Shown: positions 40,701-55,900 of the stretch, one piece after another | Layout: each line of letters opens with the position of its first letter | Numbering within the stretch: position 1 is the first letter of the stretch | NCBI GenBank assembly: GCA_964016885.1 | Contig: OZ024741.1 | Span: 247,752,001 to 247,816,000, forward strand | Reading direction: 5' to 3' | DNA length: 64,000 nucleotides | Origin: Eledone cirrhosa | Lineage: Eukaryota | Program-made: the position numbers and the translations under genes | The notes under the pieces: generated by a model | Told to the model about the DNA's origin: nothing | Seen by the model: the letters and a program-made list of their open reading frames with translations, nothing else | Databases searched by the model: none

Positions 40701-41499
40701 TTTTTACAAATTATCTCCCCCTGATTTTTGTTTACAAATTATCTCCGCCTGATTTTTTTTTTAAAATTATCTCCCCTTGGACGGCTGGAAATTATCTCCC
40801 CTTGGACGGCTAGAAATTACCTCTCCTTGGACGGCTGAAAATTATCTCCCCTTGGACGGCTGGAAATTATCTCCCCTTGATTTTTTTACAAATTATCTCC
40901 CTCTGATTTTTTTTTTACAAATTATCTCCCCCTGATTTTTTTTTACAAATTATCTACCCCTGATTTTTTTTTACAAATTATCTCCCCCTGATTTTTTTTA
41001 CAAATTATCTCCCCCTGATTTTTTTTTACAAATTATCTCCCCCTGATTTTTTTACAAATTATCTCCCCCTGATTTTTTTTACAAATTATCTCCGCCTGAT
41101 TTTTTTAAATATTATCTCTCCTTGGCTGGCGGGAAATTATCTCCCCTTGGACGGCTGGAAATTATCTCCCCTTGGAAGGATGGAAATTATCTCCCCTTGG
41201 ACGGCTGGAAATTATCTACCCCTGATTTTTTTTACAAATTATCTCCCCCTGATTTTTTTTACAAATTATCTCCCCCTGATTTTTTTACAAATTATCTACC
41301 CCTGATTTTTTTTACAAATTATCTCCCCCTGATTTTTTTTACAAATTATCTCCCCCTGATTTTTTTTTTACAAATTATCTCCCCCTGATTTTTTTACAAA
41401 TTATCTCCCCCTGATTTTTTTTACAAATTATCTCCGCCTGATTTTTTTAAATATTATCTTCCCTTGGCTGGCGGGAAATTATCTCCCCTTGGACGGCTG

Positions 41500-44400
41500 A
41501 AAATTATCTCCCCTTGGACGGCTGGAAATTATCTCCCCTTGATTTTTTTACAAATTATCTCCCCCTGATTTTTTTTTTACAAATTATCTCACCCTGATTT
41601 TTTTTACAAATTATCTACCCCTGATTTTTTTTTACAAATTATCTCCCCCTGATTTTTTTTACAAATTATCTCCCCCTGATTTTTTTTTTACAAATTATCT
41701 CCCCATGATTTTTTTACAAATTATCTCCCCCTGATTCTTTTTACAAATTATCTCCGCCTGATTTTTTTAAATATTATCTCTCCTTGGCTGGCGGGAAATT
41801 ATCTCCCCTTGGACGGCTGGAAATTATCTCCCCTTGGAAGGATGGAAATTATCTCCCCTTGGACGGCTGGAAATTATCTACCCCTGATTTTTTTTACAAA
41901 TTATCTCCCCCTGATTTATTTTACAAATTATCTCCCCCTGATTTTTTTTTTTAAAATTATCTCCCCCTGATTTTTTTACAAATTATCTCCCCCTGATTTT
42001 TTTTACAAATTATCTCCGCCTGATTTTTTTAAATATTATCTTACCTTGGCTGGCGGGAAATTATCTCCCCTTGGACGGCTGAAAATTATCTCCCCTTGGA
42101 CGGCTGGAAATTATCTCCCCTTGATTTTTTTTACAAATTATCTCCCCCTGATTTTTTTTTACAAATTATCTCCGCCTGATTTTTAAAAAAAAATTATCTC
42201 CCCTTCGCTGGCTGGAAATTATCTCCCCTTGGACGCTGGAAATTATAGCCCCTTGGAGGGCTGGAAATTATCTTCCCTTGGACGGCTGGAAATTATCTCC
42301 CCTTGATTTTTTTTACAAATTATCTCCCCCTGATTTTTTTTTACAAATTATCTCCCCCTGATTTTTTTTTACAAATTATCTCCCCCTGATTTTTTTTTTA
42401 CAAATTATCTCCGCCTGATTTTTTTAAAAAAATTATCTCCCCTTGGACGGCTGGAAATTATCTCCCTTTGGACGGCTGGAAATTATCTCCCCTTGGACGG
42501 CTAGAAATTATCTCTCCTTGGACGGCTGAAAATTATCTCCCCTTGGACGGCTGCAAATTATCTCCCCTTGATTTTTTTTACAAATTATCTCCCCCTGATT
42601 TTTTTTACAAATTATCTCCCCCTGATTTTTTTTACAAATTATCTACCCCTGATTTTTTTTACAAATTATCTCCCCCTGATTTTTTTTTACAAATTATCTC
42701 CCTCTGATTTTTTTTTACAAATTATCTCCCCCTGATTTTTTTTTTACAAATTATCTCCCCCTGATTTTTTTACAAATTATCTCCCCCTGATTTTTTTACA
42801 ATCTCCGCCTGATTTTTTTAAAAATTATCTTCCCTTGGCTGGCGGGAAATTATCTCCCCTTGGACGGCTGGAAATTATCTCCCCTTGGAAGGATGGAAAT
42901 TATCTCCCCTTGGACGGCTGGAAATTATCTCCCTTTGATTTTTTTTACAAATTATCTCCCTCTGATTTTTTTTACAAATCTCCCCCTGATTTTTTTAAAA
43001 AAATTATCTCCCCTTCGCTGGCTGGAAATTATCTCCCCTTGGACACTGGAAATTATAGCCCCTTGGAGGGCTGGAAATTATCTTCTCTTGGACGGCTGGA
43101 AATTATCTCCCCTTGATTTTTTTTACAAATTATCTCCGCCTGATTTTTTTTTTAAATTATCTCTCCTTGGACGGCTGGAAATTATCTCCCCTTGATTTTT
43201 TAAAAAATTATCTCCCCTTGGAAGGCTGGAAATTATGTCCCCTTGGCTGGAAATTATCTCCCCTTGGACGGCTAGAAATTATCTCTCTTTGGACGGCTGG
43301 AAATTATCACCCCTTGAGTTTTTTTACAAATTATCTCCCCCTGATTTTTTTTACAAATCTCCCAGTAAATTTTTAAAAAAAATTATCTCCCCTTCGCTGG
43401 CTGGAAATTATCTCCCCTTGGACGCTGGAAATTATAGCCCCTTGGAGGGCTGGAAATTATCTTTCCTTGGACGGCTGGAAATTATCTCCCCTTGATTTTT
43501 TTTACAAATTATCTCCCCCTGATTTTTTTTACAAATTATCTCCCCCTGATTTTTTTTTACAAATTATCTGCGCCTGATTTTTTTTAAAAAATTATCTCCC
43601 CTTGGACGGCTGAAAATTATCTCCCCTTGGACGGCTGGAAATTACCTCCCCTTGATTTTTTTTACAAATTATCTCCCCCTGATTTTTTTTTACAAATTAT
43701 CTCCCCCTGATTTTTTTTTACAAATTATCTCCCCCTGATTTTTTTTTCAAATTATCTCCCCTTGGCTGGCTGGAAATTATCTCCCCTTGGAGGCTGGAAC
43801 TTATCTCCCCTTGGACGGCTAGAAATTACCTCTCCTTGGACGGCTGGAAAATATGTCTCCTTGGACGGCTGGAAATTATCTCCCCTTGGACGGCTGGAAA
43901 TTATCTCCCTTGGACGGCTGGAAATTATCTCCCCTTGGATGGCTAGATATTACCTCCCCTTGGACGGCTGGAAATTATCTCCCCTTGATTTTTTTTAGAA
44001 ATTATCTCCCCCTGATTTTTTTTTACAAATTATCTCCCCCTGATTTTTTATTACAAATTATCTCCCCCTGATTTTTGTTTACAAATTATCTCCGCCTGAT
44101 TTTTTTTTAAAAATTATCTCCCCTTGGACGGCTGGAAATTATCTCCCCTTGGACGGCTAGAAATTACCTCTCCTTGGACGGCTGAAAATTATCTCCACTT
44201 GGACGGCTGGAAATTATCTACCCCTGATTTTTTTTACAAATTATCTCCCCCTGATTTTTTTTACAAATTATCTCCCCCTGATTTTTTTTTACAAATTATC
44301 TACCCCTGATTTTTTTTACAAATTATCTCCCCCTGATTTTTTTACAAATTGTCTCCCCCTGATTTTTTTTTACAAATTATCTCCCCCTGATTGTTTTACA

Positions 44401-47400
44401 AATTATCTCCCCCTGATTTTTTTTACAAATTATCTCCGCCTGATTTTTTTAAATATTATCTTCCCTTGGCTGGCGGGAAATTATCTCCCCTTGGAAGGAT
44501 GGAAATTATCTCCCCTTGGACGGCTGGAAATTATCTCCCCTTGCACTGCTGGAAATTATCTCCCCTTGGACGACTGGAAATTATCTGCCCTTGATTTTGT
44601 TTTTACAAATTATCTTCCCCTCATTTTTTTTACAAATTATCTCCACCTGATTTTTTAAAAAATTATCTCCCCTTGGACGGCTGGAAATTATCTCCCCTTG
44701 GCTGGAAATTATCTCCCCTTGGACGGCTAGAAATTATCTCTCTTTGGACGGCTGGAAATTATCTCCCCTTGATTTTTTTTACAAATTATCTCCCCCTGAT
44801 TTTTTTTACAAATCTCCCAGTGATTTTTAAAAAAAAATTATCTTCCTTTCGCTGGTTGGAAATTATCTCCCCTTGGACGCTGGAAATTATAGCCCCTTGG
44901 AGGGCTGGAAATTATCTTCCCTTGGACGGCTGGAAATTATCTCCCCTTGATTTTTTTACATTTTATCTCCCCCTGATTTTTTTTACAAATTATCTCCCCG
45001 ATTTTTTTCTACAAATTATCTCCGCCTGATTTTTTTAAAAAAATTATCTTCCCTTGGACGGCTGGAAATTATCTCCCCTTGGACGGCTGGAAATTATCTC
45101 GCCTTGGACGGCTAGAAATTACCTCTCCTTGGACGGCTGAAAATTATCTCCCCTTGGACGCTGGAAATTATAGCCCCTTGGAGGGCTGGAAATTATGTCC
45201 CCCTGATTTTTTTACAAATTATCTCCCCTTGGCTGGCTGTAAATTATCTCCCCTTGAACGGCTGGAAATTATCTCCCCTTGGACGGCTGGAAATTATCTC
45301 CCCTTGGACGGCTGGAAATTATCTCCCCTTGGACGGCTAGAAATTACCTCTCCTTGGACGGCTGGAAATTATCTCCACTTGGACGGCTGGAAATTATCTC
45401 CCCTTCGCTGGCTGGAAATCATCTCCCTTTGGACGGCTGGAAATTATAGCTGCTTGTAGGGCTGGAAATTATCTCCCCTTGGACGGCTGGAAATTATCTC
45501 CCCTTGATTTATTTTACTAATTATCTCCCCCTGATTTTTTTTACAAATTATCTCCGCCTGATTTTTTTTTAAAAATTATCTCCCCTTGGCTGGATGGAAA
45601 TTATCTCCCCTTGGACGGCTGGAAATTATCTCCCCTTGGAGCCTAGAAATTACCTCTCCTTGGACAGCTGTAAATTATCTCCCCTTGGACGGCTGGAAAT
45701 TATCTCGCCTTGGACGGCTGGAAATTATCTCCCCTTGATTTTGTATACAAATTATCTCCCCCTGATTTTTTTTTACAAATTATCTGCCCCTGATTATATT
45801 TTTACAAATTAGCTCCGCCTGATTTTTTAAAAAAATTATCTCCCCTTGGACGGCTGGAAATTATCTCCCCTTGGACGGCTGGAAATTATCTCCCCTTGAA
45901 CGGCTAGAAATTACCTCTCCTTGGAGGGCTGGAAATTATCATCCCTTGGACGGCTGGAAATTATCTCCCCTTGATTTTTTTTACAAATTATCTCCCCTTG
46001 GACGGCTGGAAATTATCTCCCCTTGGACGGCTGGAAATTATCTCCCCTTGGACGGCTAGAAATTACCTCTCCTTGGACGGCTGAAAATTATCTCCCCTTG
46101 GACGGCTGGAAATTATCTCCCCTTGATTTTTTTTTACAAATTATCTCCCCCTGATTTTTTTTACAAATTATCTACCCCTGATTTTTTTTACAAATTATCT
46201 CCCCCTGATTTTTTTTACAAATTATCTCCCCCTGATTTTTTTTACAAATTATCTCCCCCTGATTTTTTTTTACAAATTATCTCCCCCTGATTTTTTTACA
46301 AATTATCTCCCCCTGTTTTTTTTACAAATTATCTCCGCCTGATTTTTTTAAATATTATCTTCCCTTGGCTGGCGGAAAATTATCTCCCCTTGGACGGCTG
46401 AAAATTATCTCCCCTTGGACGGCTGGAAATTATCTCCCCTTGATTTTTTTTACAAATTATCTCCCCCTGATTTTTTCTTACAAATTATCTCCCCCTGATT
46501 TTTTTACAAATTATCTCCCCCTGATTTTTTTTTACAAATTGTCTCCCCCTGATTTTTTTTACAAATTATCTCCCTCTGATTTTTTTACAAATTATCTCCC
46601 CTTGGCTGGCTGGAAATTATCTCCCCTTGGACGGCTAGAAATTACCTCTCCTTGGACGGCTGGAAAATATGTCTCCTTGGACGGCTGGATATTATCTCCC
46701 CTTGGACGGCTGGAAATTATCTCCCCTTGGACGGCTGGAAATTATCTCCCCTTGATTTTTTTACAAATTATCTCCCCCTGATTTATTTTACAAATCTCCC
46801 AATTTTAAAAAAAAAATTATCTCCCCTTCGCTGGCTGGAAATTATCTCCCCTTGGACGCTGGAAATTATAGCCCCTTGGAGGGCTGGAAATTATCTTCCC
46901 TTGGACGGCTGGAAATTATCTCCCCTTGATTTTTTTTACAAATTATCTCCCCCTGATTTTTTTTACAAATTATCTCCCCCTGATTTTTTTTACAAATTAT
47001 CTACCCCTGATTTTTTTTACAAATTATCTCCCCCTGATTTTTTTTTACAAATTATCTCCCCCTGATTTTTTTTTACAAATTATCTCCCCCTGATTTTTTT
47101 ACAAATTATCTCCCCCTGATTTTTTTTACAATCTCCGCCTGATTTTTTTAAAAATTATCTTCCCTTGGCTGGCTGGAAATTATCTCCCCTTGGACACTGG
47201 AAATTATAGCCCCTTGGAGGGCTGGAAATTATCTTCCCTTGGACGGCTGGAAATTATCTCCCCTTGATTTTTTTTACAAATTATCTCCGCCTGATTTTTT
47301 TTTACAAATTATCTCCCCCTGATTTTTTTTTACACATTATCTACCCCTGATTTTTTTTTACAAATTATCTCCCCCTGATTTTTTTTACAAATTATCTCCC

Positions 47401-49200
47401 CCTGATTTTTCTTTTACAAATTATCTCCCCCTGATTTTTTTACAAATTATCTCCCCCTGATTTTTTTTACAAATTATCTCCGCCTGATTTTTTTAAATAT
47501 TATCTTCCCTTGGCTGGCGGGAAATTATCTCCCCTTGGACGGCTGGAAATTATCTGCCCTTGATTTTCTTTTTACAAATTATCTTCCACTGATTTTTTTT
47601 ACAAATTATCTCCACCTGATTTTTTAAAAAATTATCTCCCCTTGGAAGGCTGGAAATTATCTCCCCTTGGACGGCTGGAAATTATCTCCCCTTGGACGGC
47701 TAGAAATTATCTCTCCTTGGACGGCTGAAAATTATCTCCCCTTGGACGGCTGCAAATTATCTCCCCTTGATTTTTTTTACAAATTTTCTCCCCCTGATTT
47801 TTTTTACAAATTATCTCCCCCTGATTTTTTTACAAATTATCTCCCCCTGATTTTTTTTTACAAATTATCTCCCCCTGATTTTTTTTTACAAATTATCTCC
47901 CCCTGATTTTTTTTTTACAAATTATCTCCCCCTGATTTTTTTACAAATTATCTCCCCCTGATTTTTTTTACAATCTCCGCCTGATTTTTTTAAAAATTAT
48001 CTTCCCTTGGCTGGCGGGAAATTATCTCCCCTTGGACGGCTGGAAATTATCTCCCCTTGGAAGGATGGAAATTATCTCCCCTCGGACGGCTGGAAATTAT
48101 CTCCCCTTGCACGGCTGGAAATTATCTCCCCTTGGCTGGAAATTATCTCCCCTTGGACGGCTAGAAATTATCTCTCTTTGGACGGCTGCAAATTATCTCC
48201 CTTTGATTTTTTTTACAAATTATCTCCCTCTGATTTTTTTTACAAATCTCCCCCTGATTTTTTTAAAAAAATTATCTCCCCTTCGCTGGCTGGAAATTAT
48301 CTTCCCTTGGACGGCTGGAAATTATCTCCCCTTGATTTTTTTTACAAATTATCTCCGCCTGATTTTTTTTAAAAATTATCTCTCCTTGGACGGCTGGAAA
48401 TTATCTCCCCTTGATTTTTTTACAAATTATCTCCCCCTGATTTTTTTTTACAAATTATCTCCCCCTGATTTTTTTTTACAAATTATCTACCCCTGATTTT
48501 TTTTTACAAATTATCTCCCCCTGATTTTTTTTTACAAATTATCTACCCCTGATTTTTTTTACAAATTATCTCCCCCTGATTTTTTTTACAAATTATCTCC
48601 CCCTGATTTTTTTTTTACAAATTATCTCCCCCTGATTTTTTTACAAATTATCTCCCCCTGATTTTTTTTACAAATTATCTCCGCCGGATTTTTTTAAATA
48701 TTATCTTCCCTTGGCTGGCGGGAAATTATCTCCCCTTGGACGGCTGAAAATTATCTCCCATTGGACGGCTGGAAATTATCTCCCCTTGATTTTTTTTACA
48801 AATTATCTCCCCCTGATTTTTTTTTACAAATTATCTCCCCCTGATTTTTTTTACAAATTATCTCCCCCTGATTTTTTTTTACAAATTATCTCCCCCTGAT
48901 TTTTTTTACAAATTATCTCCCCCTGATTTTTTTTACAAATTATCTCCCCCTGATTTTTTTTTACAAATTATCTCCCCTGATTTTTTTACAAATTATCTCC
49001 CCCTGATTTTTTTTACAAATTATCTCCGCCTGATTTTTTAAAATATTATCTTCCCTTGGCTGGCGGGAAATTATCTCCCCTTGGACGGCTGGAAATTATC
49101 TGCCCTTGATTTTCTTTTTACAAATTATCTTCCACTGATTTTTTTTACAAATTATCTCCACCTGATTTTTTAAAAAATTATCTCCCCTTGGAAGGCTGGA
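41500..49200 (+). repeat. Diverged, non-macro-unit segment of the same satellite (most diverged ~44.3-46.1 kb)
   Basis: Many substitutions not noticed elsewhere (ttgcactgct 44541, cgactgg 44571, gctggttgga 44851, ggctgtaaa ~45235, agctgcttgtagg ~45448, ggacagctgta ~45662, ttgtatacaa 45741, tgattatatt 45791). The ORF translations here are mostly unique. Confidence 0.85.
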
Positions 49201-49900
49201 AATTATCTCCCCTTGGCTGGAAATTATCTCCCCTTGGACGGCTAGAAATTATCTCTCTTTGGACGGCTGGAAATTATCACCCCTTGAGTTTTTTACAAAT
49301 TATCTCCCCCTGATTTTTTTTACAAATCTCCCAGTGATTTTTAAAAAAAAATTATCTCCCCTTCGCTGGCTGGAAATTATCTCCCCTTGGACGCTGGAAA
49401 TTATAGCACCTTGGAGGGCTGGAAATTATCTTCCCTTGGACGGCTGGAAATTATCTCCCCTTGACTTTTTTTACAAATTATCTCCCCCTGATTTTTTTTT
49501 ACAAATTATCTCCCCCTGATTTTTTTTTACAACTTATCTGCGCCTGATTTTTTTAAAAAAATTATCTCCCCTTGGACGGCTGGAAATTATCTCCCCTTGG
49601 ACGGCTGGAAATTATCTCTCCTTGGACGGCTAGAATTTACCTCTCCTTGGACGGCTGAAAATTATCTCCCCTTGGACGGCTGGAAATTATCTCCCCTTGA
49701 TTTTTTTTACAAATTATCTCCCCCTGATTTTTTTTTACAAATTATCTCCCCCTGATTTTTTTTACAAATTATCTCCCCCTGATTTTTTTTTACAAATTAT
49801 CTCCCCCTGATTTTTTTTACAAATTATCTCCCCCTGATTTTCTTACAAATTATCTCCCCTTGGCTGGCTGGAAATTATCTCCCCTTGGAGGCTGGAACTT

Positions 49901-52900
49901 ATGTCCCCTTGGACGGCTAGAAATTACCTCTCCTTGGACGGCTGGATGATATGTCTCCTTGGACGGCTGGATATTATCTCCCCTTGGACGGCTGGAAATT
50001 ATCTCCCCTTGGACGGCTGGAAATTATCTCCCCTTGGATGGCTAGATATTACCTCCCCTTGGACGGCTGGAAATTATCTCCCCTTGATTTTTTTTACAAA
50101 TTATCTCCCCCTGATTTTTTTTTACAAATTATCTCCCCCTGATTTTTTTTTACAAATTATCTCCCCCTGATTTTTGTTTACAAATTATCTCCGCCTGATT
50201 TTTTTTTAAAATTATCTCCCCTTGGACGGCTGGAAATTATCTCCCCTTGGACGGCTAGAAATTACCTCTCCTTGGACGGCTGAAAATTATCTCCCCTTGG
50301 ACGGCTGGAAATTATCTCCCCTTGATTTTTTTACAAATTATCTCCCCCTGATTTTTTTTTTACAAATTATCTCCCCCTGATTTTTTTTTTACAAATTATC
50401 TCCCCCTGATTTTTTTACAAATTATCTCCCCCTAATTTTTTTTACAAATTATCTCCGCCTGATTTTTTTAAATATTATCTCTCCTTGGCTGGCGGGAAAT
50501 TATCTCCCCTTGGACGGCTGGAAATTATCTCCCCTTGGAAGGATGGAAATTATCTCCCCTTGGACGGCTGGAAATTATCTACCCCTGATTTTTTTTACAA
50601 ATTATCTCCCCCTGATTTTTTTTACAAATTATCTCCCCCTGATTTTTTTTTACAAATTATCTACCCCTGATTTTTTTTACAAATTATCTCCCCCTGATTT
50701 TTTTTACAAATTATCTCCCCCTGATTTTTTTTACAAATTATCTCCACCTGATTTTTTTACAAATTATCTCCCCCTGATTTTTTTTACAAATTATCTTCCT
50801 CTGATTTTTTTACAAATTTTCTCCCCTTGGCTGGCTGGAAATTATCTCCCCTTGGACGGCTAGAAATTACCTCTCCTTGGATGGCTGGAAATTATCTCCC
50901 CTTGGACGGCTGGAAATTATCTCCCCTTGGACGGATAGATATTACCTCCCCTTGGACGGCTGGAAATTATCTCCCCTTGATTTTTTTACAAATTATCTCC
51001 CCCTGATTTATTTTACAAATCTGCCAATGATTTTTAAAAAAAAATTATCTCCCCTTCGCTGGCTGGAAATTATCTCCCCTTGGACGCTGGAAATTATAGC
51101 CCCTTGGAGGGCTGGAAATTATCTTCCCTTGGACGGCTGGAAATTATCTCCCCTTGATTTTTTTTACAAATTATCTCCCCCTGATTTTTTTTACAAATTA
51201 TCTCCCCCTGATTTTTTTTACAAATTATCTACCCCTGATTTTTTTTACAAATTATCTCCCTCTGATTTTTTTTACAAATTATCTCCCCCTGGAGATTTTT
51301 TTTTACAAATTATCTCCCCCTGATTTTTTTTACAAATTATCTCCCCCTGATTTTTTTTACAAATTATCTACCCCTGATTTTTTTTACAAATTATCTCCCC
51401 CTGATTTTTTTTTACAAATTATCTCCCCCTGATTTTTTTTTACAAATTATCTCCCCCTGATTTTTTTACAAATTATCTCCCCCTGATTTTTTTTACAATC
51501 TCCGCCTGATTTTTTTAAAAATTATCTTCCCTTGGCTGGCTGGAAATTATCTCCCCTTGGACACTGGAAATTATAGCCCCTTGGAGGGCTGGAAATTATC
51601 TTCCCTTGGACGGCTGGAAATTATCTCCCCTTGATTTTTTTTACAAATTATCTCCGCCTGATTTTTTTTTACAAATTATCTCCCCCTGATTTTTTTTTAC
51701 AAATTATCTACCCCTGATTTTTTTTTACAAATTATCTCCCCCTGATTTTTTTTACAAATTATCTCCCCCTGATTTTTCTTTTACAAATTATCTCCCCCTG
51801 ATTTTTTTACAAATTATCTCCCCCTGATTTTTTTTACAAATTATCTCCGCCTGATTTTTTTAAATATTATCTTCCCTTGGCTGGCGGGAAATTATCTCCC
51901 CTTGGACGGCTGGAAATTATCTACCCTTGATTTTCTTTTTACAAATTATCTTCCACTGATTTTTTTTACAAATTATCTCCACCTGATTTTTTTAAAAATT
52001 ATCTCCCCTTGGAAGGCTGGAAATTATCTCCCCTTGGCTGGAAATTATCTCCCCTTGGACGGCTAGAAATTATCTCTTTGGACGGCTGGAAATTATCACC
52101 CCTTGAGTTTTTTACAAATTATCTCCCCCTGATTTTTTTTACAAATCTCCCAGTGATTTTAAAAAAAAAATTATCTCCCCTTCGCTGGCTGGAAATTATC
52201 TCCCCTTGGACGCTGGAAATTATAGCCCCTTGGAGGGCTGGAAATTATCTTCCCTTGGACGGCTGGAAATTATCTCCCCTTGATTTTTTTTACAAATTAT
52301 CTCCCCCTGATTTTTTTTTACAAATTATCTCCCCCTGATTTTTTTTACAACTTATCTGCGCCTGATTTTTTTAAAAAAATTATCTCCCCTTGGACGGCTG
52401 GAAATTATCTCCCCTTGGACGGCTGGAAATTATCTCTCCTTGGACGGCTAGAATTTACCTCTCCTTGGACGGCTGAAAATTATCTCCCCTTGGACGGCTG
52501 GAAATTATCTCCCCTTGATTTTTTTTACAAATTATCTCCCCCTGATTTTTTTTTACAAATTATCTCCCCCTGATTTTTTTACAAATTATCTCCCCTTGGC
52601 TGGCTGGAAATTATCTCCCCTTGGAGGCTGGAACTTATCTCCCCTTGGACGGCTAGAAATTACCTCTCCTTGGACGGCTGGAAAATATGTCTCCTTGGAC
52701 GGCTGGATATTATCTCCCCTTGGACGGCTGGAAATTATCTCCCCTTGGACGGCTGGAAATTATCTCCCCTTGGATGGCTAGATATTACCTCCCCTTGGAC
52801 GGCTGGAAATTATCTCCCCTTGATTTTTTTTACAAATTATCTCCCCCTGATTTTTTTTACAAATTATCTCCCCCTGATTTTTTTTTACAAATTATCTCCC

Positions 52901-55900
52901 CCTGATTTTTGTTTACAAATTATCTCCGCCTGATTTTTTTAAATATTATCTCTCCTTGGCTGGCGGGAAATTATCTCCCCTTGGACGGCTGGAAATTATC
53001 TCCCCTTGGAAGGATGGAAATTATCTCCCCTTGGACGGCTGGAAATTATCTACCCCTGATTTTTTTTACAAATTATCTCCCCCTGATTTTTTTTACAAAT
53101 TATCTCCCCCTGATTTTTTTTACAAATTATCTACCCCTGATTTTTTTTACAAATTATCTCCCCCTGATTTTTTTTACAAATTATCTCCCCCTGATTTTTT
53201 TTTTACAAATTATCTCCCCCTGATTTTTTTACAAATTATCTCCCCCTGATTTTTTTTACAAATTATCTCCGCCTGATTTTTTTAAATATTATCTTCCCTT
53301 GGCTGGCTGGAAATTATCTCCCCTTGGACGGCTAGAAATTACCTCTCCTTGGACGGCTGGAAATTATCTCCCCTTGGACGGCTGGAAATTATCTCCCCTT
53401 GGACGGATAGATATTACCTCCCCTTGGACGGCTGGAAATTATCTCCCCTTGATTTTTTTACAAATTATCTCCCCCTGATTTATTTTACAAATCTCCCAAT
53501 GATTTTTAAAAAAAAATTATCTCCCCTTCGCTGGCTGGAAATTATCTCCCCTTGGACGCTGGAAATTATCTCCCCTTGGACGGCTGAAAATTATCTCCCC
53601 TTGGACGGCTGGAAATTATCTCCCCTTGATTTTTTTTACAAATTATCTCCCCCTGATTTTTTTTTACAAATTATCTCCGCCTGATTTTTTTTACAAATTA
53701 TCTCCCCCTGATTTTTTTTTACAAATTATCTCCCCCTGATTTTTTTACAAATTATCTCCCCCTGATTTTTTTTACAAATTATCTCCGCCTGATTTTTTAA
53801 AATATTATCTTCCCTTGGCTGGCGGGAAATTATCTCCCCTTGGACGGCTGGAAATTATCTGCCCTTGATTTTCTTTTTACAAATTATCTTCCACTGATTT
53901 TTTTTACAAATTATCTCCACCTGATTTTTTAAAAAATTATCTCCCCTTGGACGGCTGGAAATTATCTCCCCTTGGACGGCTGGAAATTATCTCCCCTTGG
54001 ACGGCTGGAAATTATCTCTCCTTGGACGGCTAGAATTTACCTCTCCTTGGACGGCTGAAAATTATCTCCCCTTGGACGGCTGGAAATTATCTCCCCTTGA
54101 TTTTTTTTACAAATTATCTCCCCCTGATTTTTTTTTACAAATTATCTCCCCCTGATTTTTTTTTACAAATTATCACCCCCTGATTTTTTTTTACAAATTA
54201 TCTCCCCCTGATTTTTTTTACAAATTATCTCCCCCTGATTTTTTTACAAATTATCTCCCCTTGGCTGGCTGGAAATTATCTCCCCTTGGAGGCTGGAACT
54301 TATCTCCCCTTGGACGGCTAGAAATTACCTCTCCTTGGACGGCTGGAAAATATGTCTCCTTGGACGGCTGGATATTATCTCCCCTTGGACGGCTGGAAAT
54401 TATCTCCCCTTGGACGGCTGGAAATTATCTCCCCTTGGATGGCTAGATATTACCTCCCCTTGGACGGCTGGAAATTATCTCCCCTTGATTTTTTTACAAA
54501 TTATCTCCCCCTGATTTTTTTTTACAAATTATCTCCCCCTGATTTTTTTTTACAAATTATCTCCCCCTGATTTTTGTTTACAAATTATCTCCGCCTGATT
54601 TTTTTTTTAAAATTATCTCCCCTTGGACGGCTGGAAATTATCTCCCCTTGGACGGCTAGAAATTACCTCTCCTTGGACGGCTGAAAATTATCTCCCCTTG
54701 GACGGCTGGAAATTATCTCCCCTTGATTTTTTTACAAATTATCTCCCCCTGATTTTTTTTTTACAAATTATCTCCCCCTGATTTTTTTTTACAAATTATC
54801 TACCCCTGATTTTTTTTTACAAATTATCTCCCCCTGATTTTTTTTTACAAATTATCTACCCCTGATTTTTTTTACAAATTATCTCCCCCTGATTTTTTTT
54901 ACAAATTATCTCCCCCTGATTTTTTTTTTACAAATTATCTCCCCCTGATTTTTTTACGAATTATCTCCCCTTGATTTTTTTTTACAACTTATCTGCGCCT
55001 GATTTTTTTTAAAAAATTATCTCCCCTTGGACGGCTGGAAATTATCTCCCCTTGGACGGCTGGAAATTATCTCTCCTTGGACGGCTAGAATTTACCTCTC
55101 CTTGGACGGCTGAAAATTATCTCCCCTTGGACGGCTGGGAATTATCTCCCCTTGATTTTTTTTACAAATTATCTCCCCCTGATTTTTTTTTACAAATTAT
55201 CTCCCCCTGATTTTTTTTTACAAATTATCTCCCCCTGATTTTTTTTTACAAATTATCTCCCCCTGATTTTTTTACAAATTATCTCCCCTTGGCTGGCTGG
55301 AAATTATCTCCCCTTGGAGCCTGGAACTTATGTCCCCTTGGACGGCTAGAAATTACCTCTCCTTGGACGGCTGGAAATTATCTCCCCTTGGACGGCTGGA
55401 AATTATCTCCCCTTGGATGGCTAGATATTACCTCCCCTTGGACGGCTGGAAATTATCTCCCCTTGATTTTTTTTACAAATTATCTCCCCCTGATTTTTTT
55501 TTACAAATTATCTCCCCCTGATTTTTTTTTACAAATTATCTCCCCCTGATTTTTGTTTACAAATTATCTCCGCCTATTTTTTTTTTAAAATTATCTCCCC
55601 TTGGACGGCTGGAAATTATCTCCCCTTGGACGGCTAGAAATTACCTCTCCTTGGACGGCTGAAAATTATCTCCCCTTGGACGGCTGGAAATTATCTCCCC
55701 TTGATTTTTTTACAAATTATCTCCCCCTGATTTTTTTTTTACAAATTATCTCCCCCTGATTTTTTTTTTACAAATTATCTCCCCCTGATTTTTTTACAAA
55801 TTATCTCCCCCTAATTTTTTTTACAAATTATCTCCGCCTGATTTTTTTAAATATTATCTCTCCTTGGCTGGCGGGAAATTATCTCACCTTGGACGGCTGG

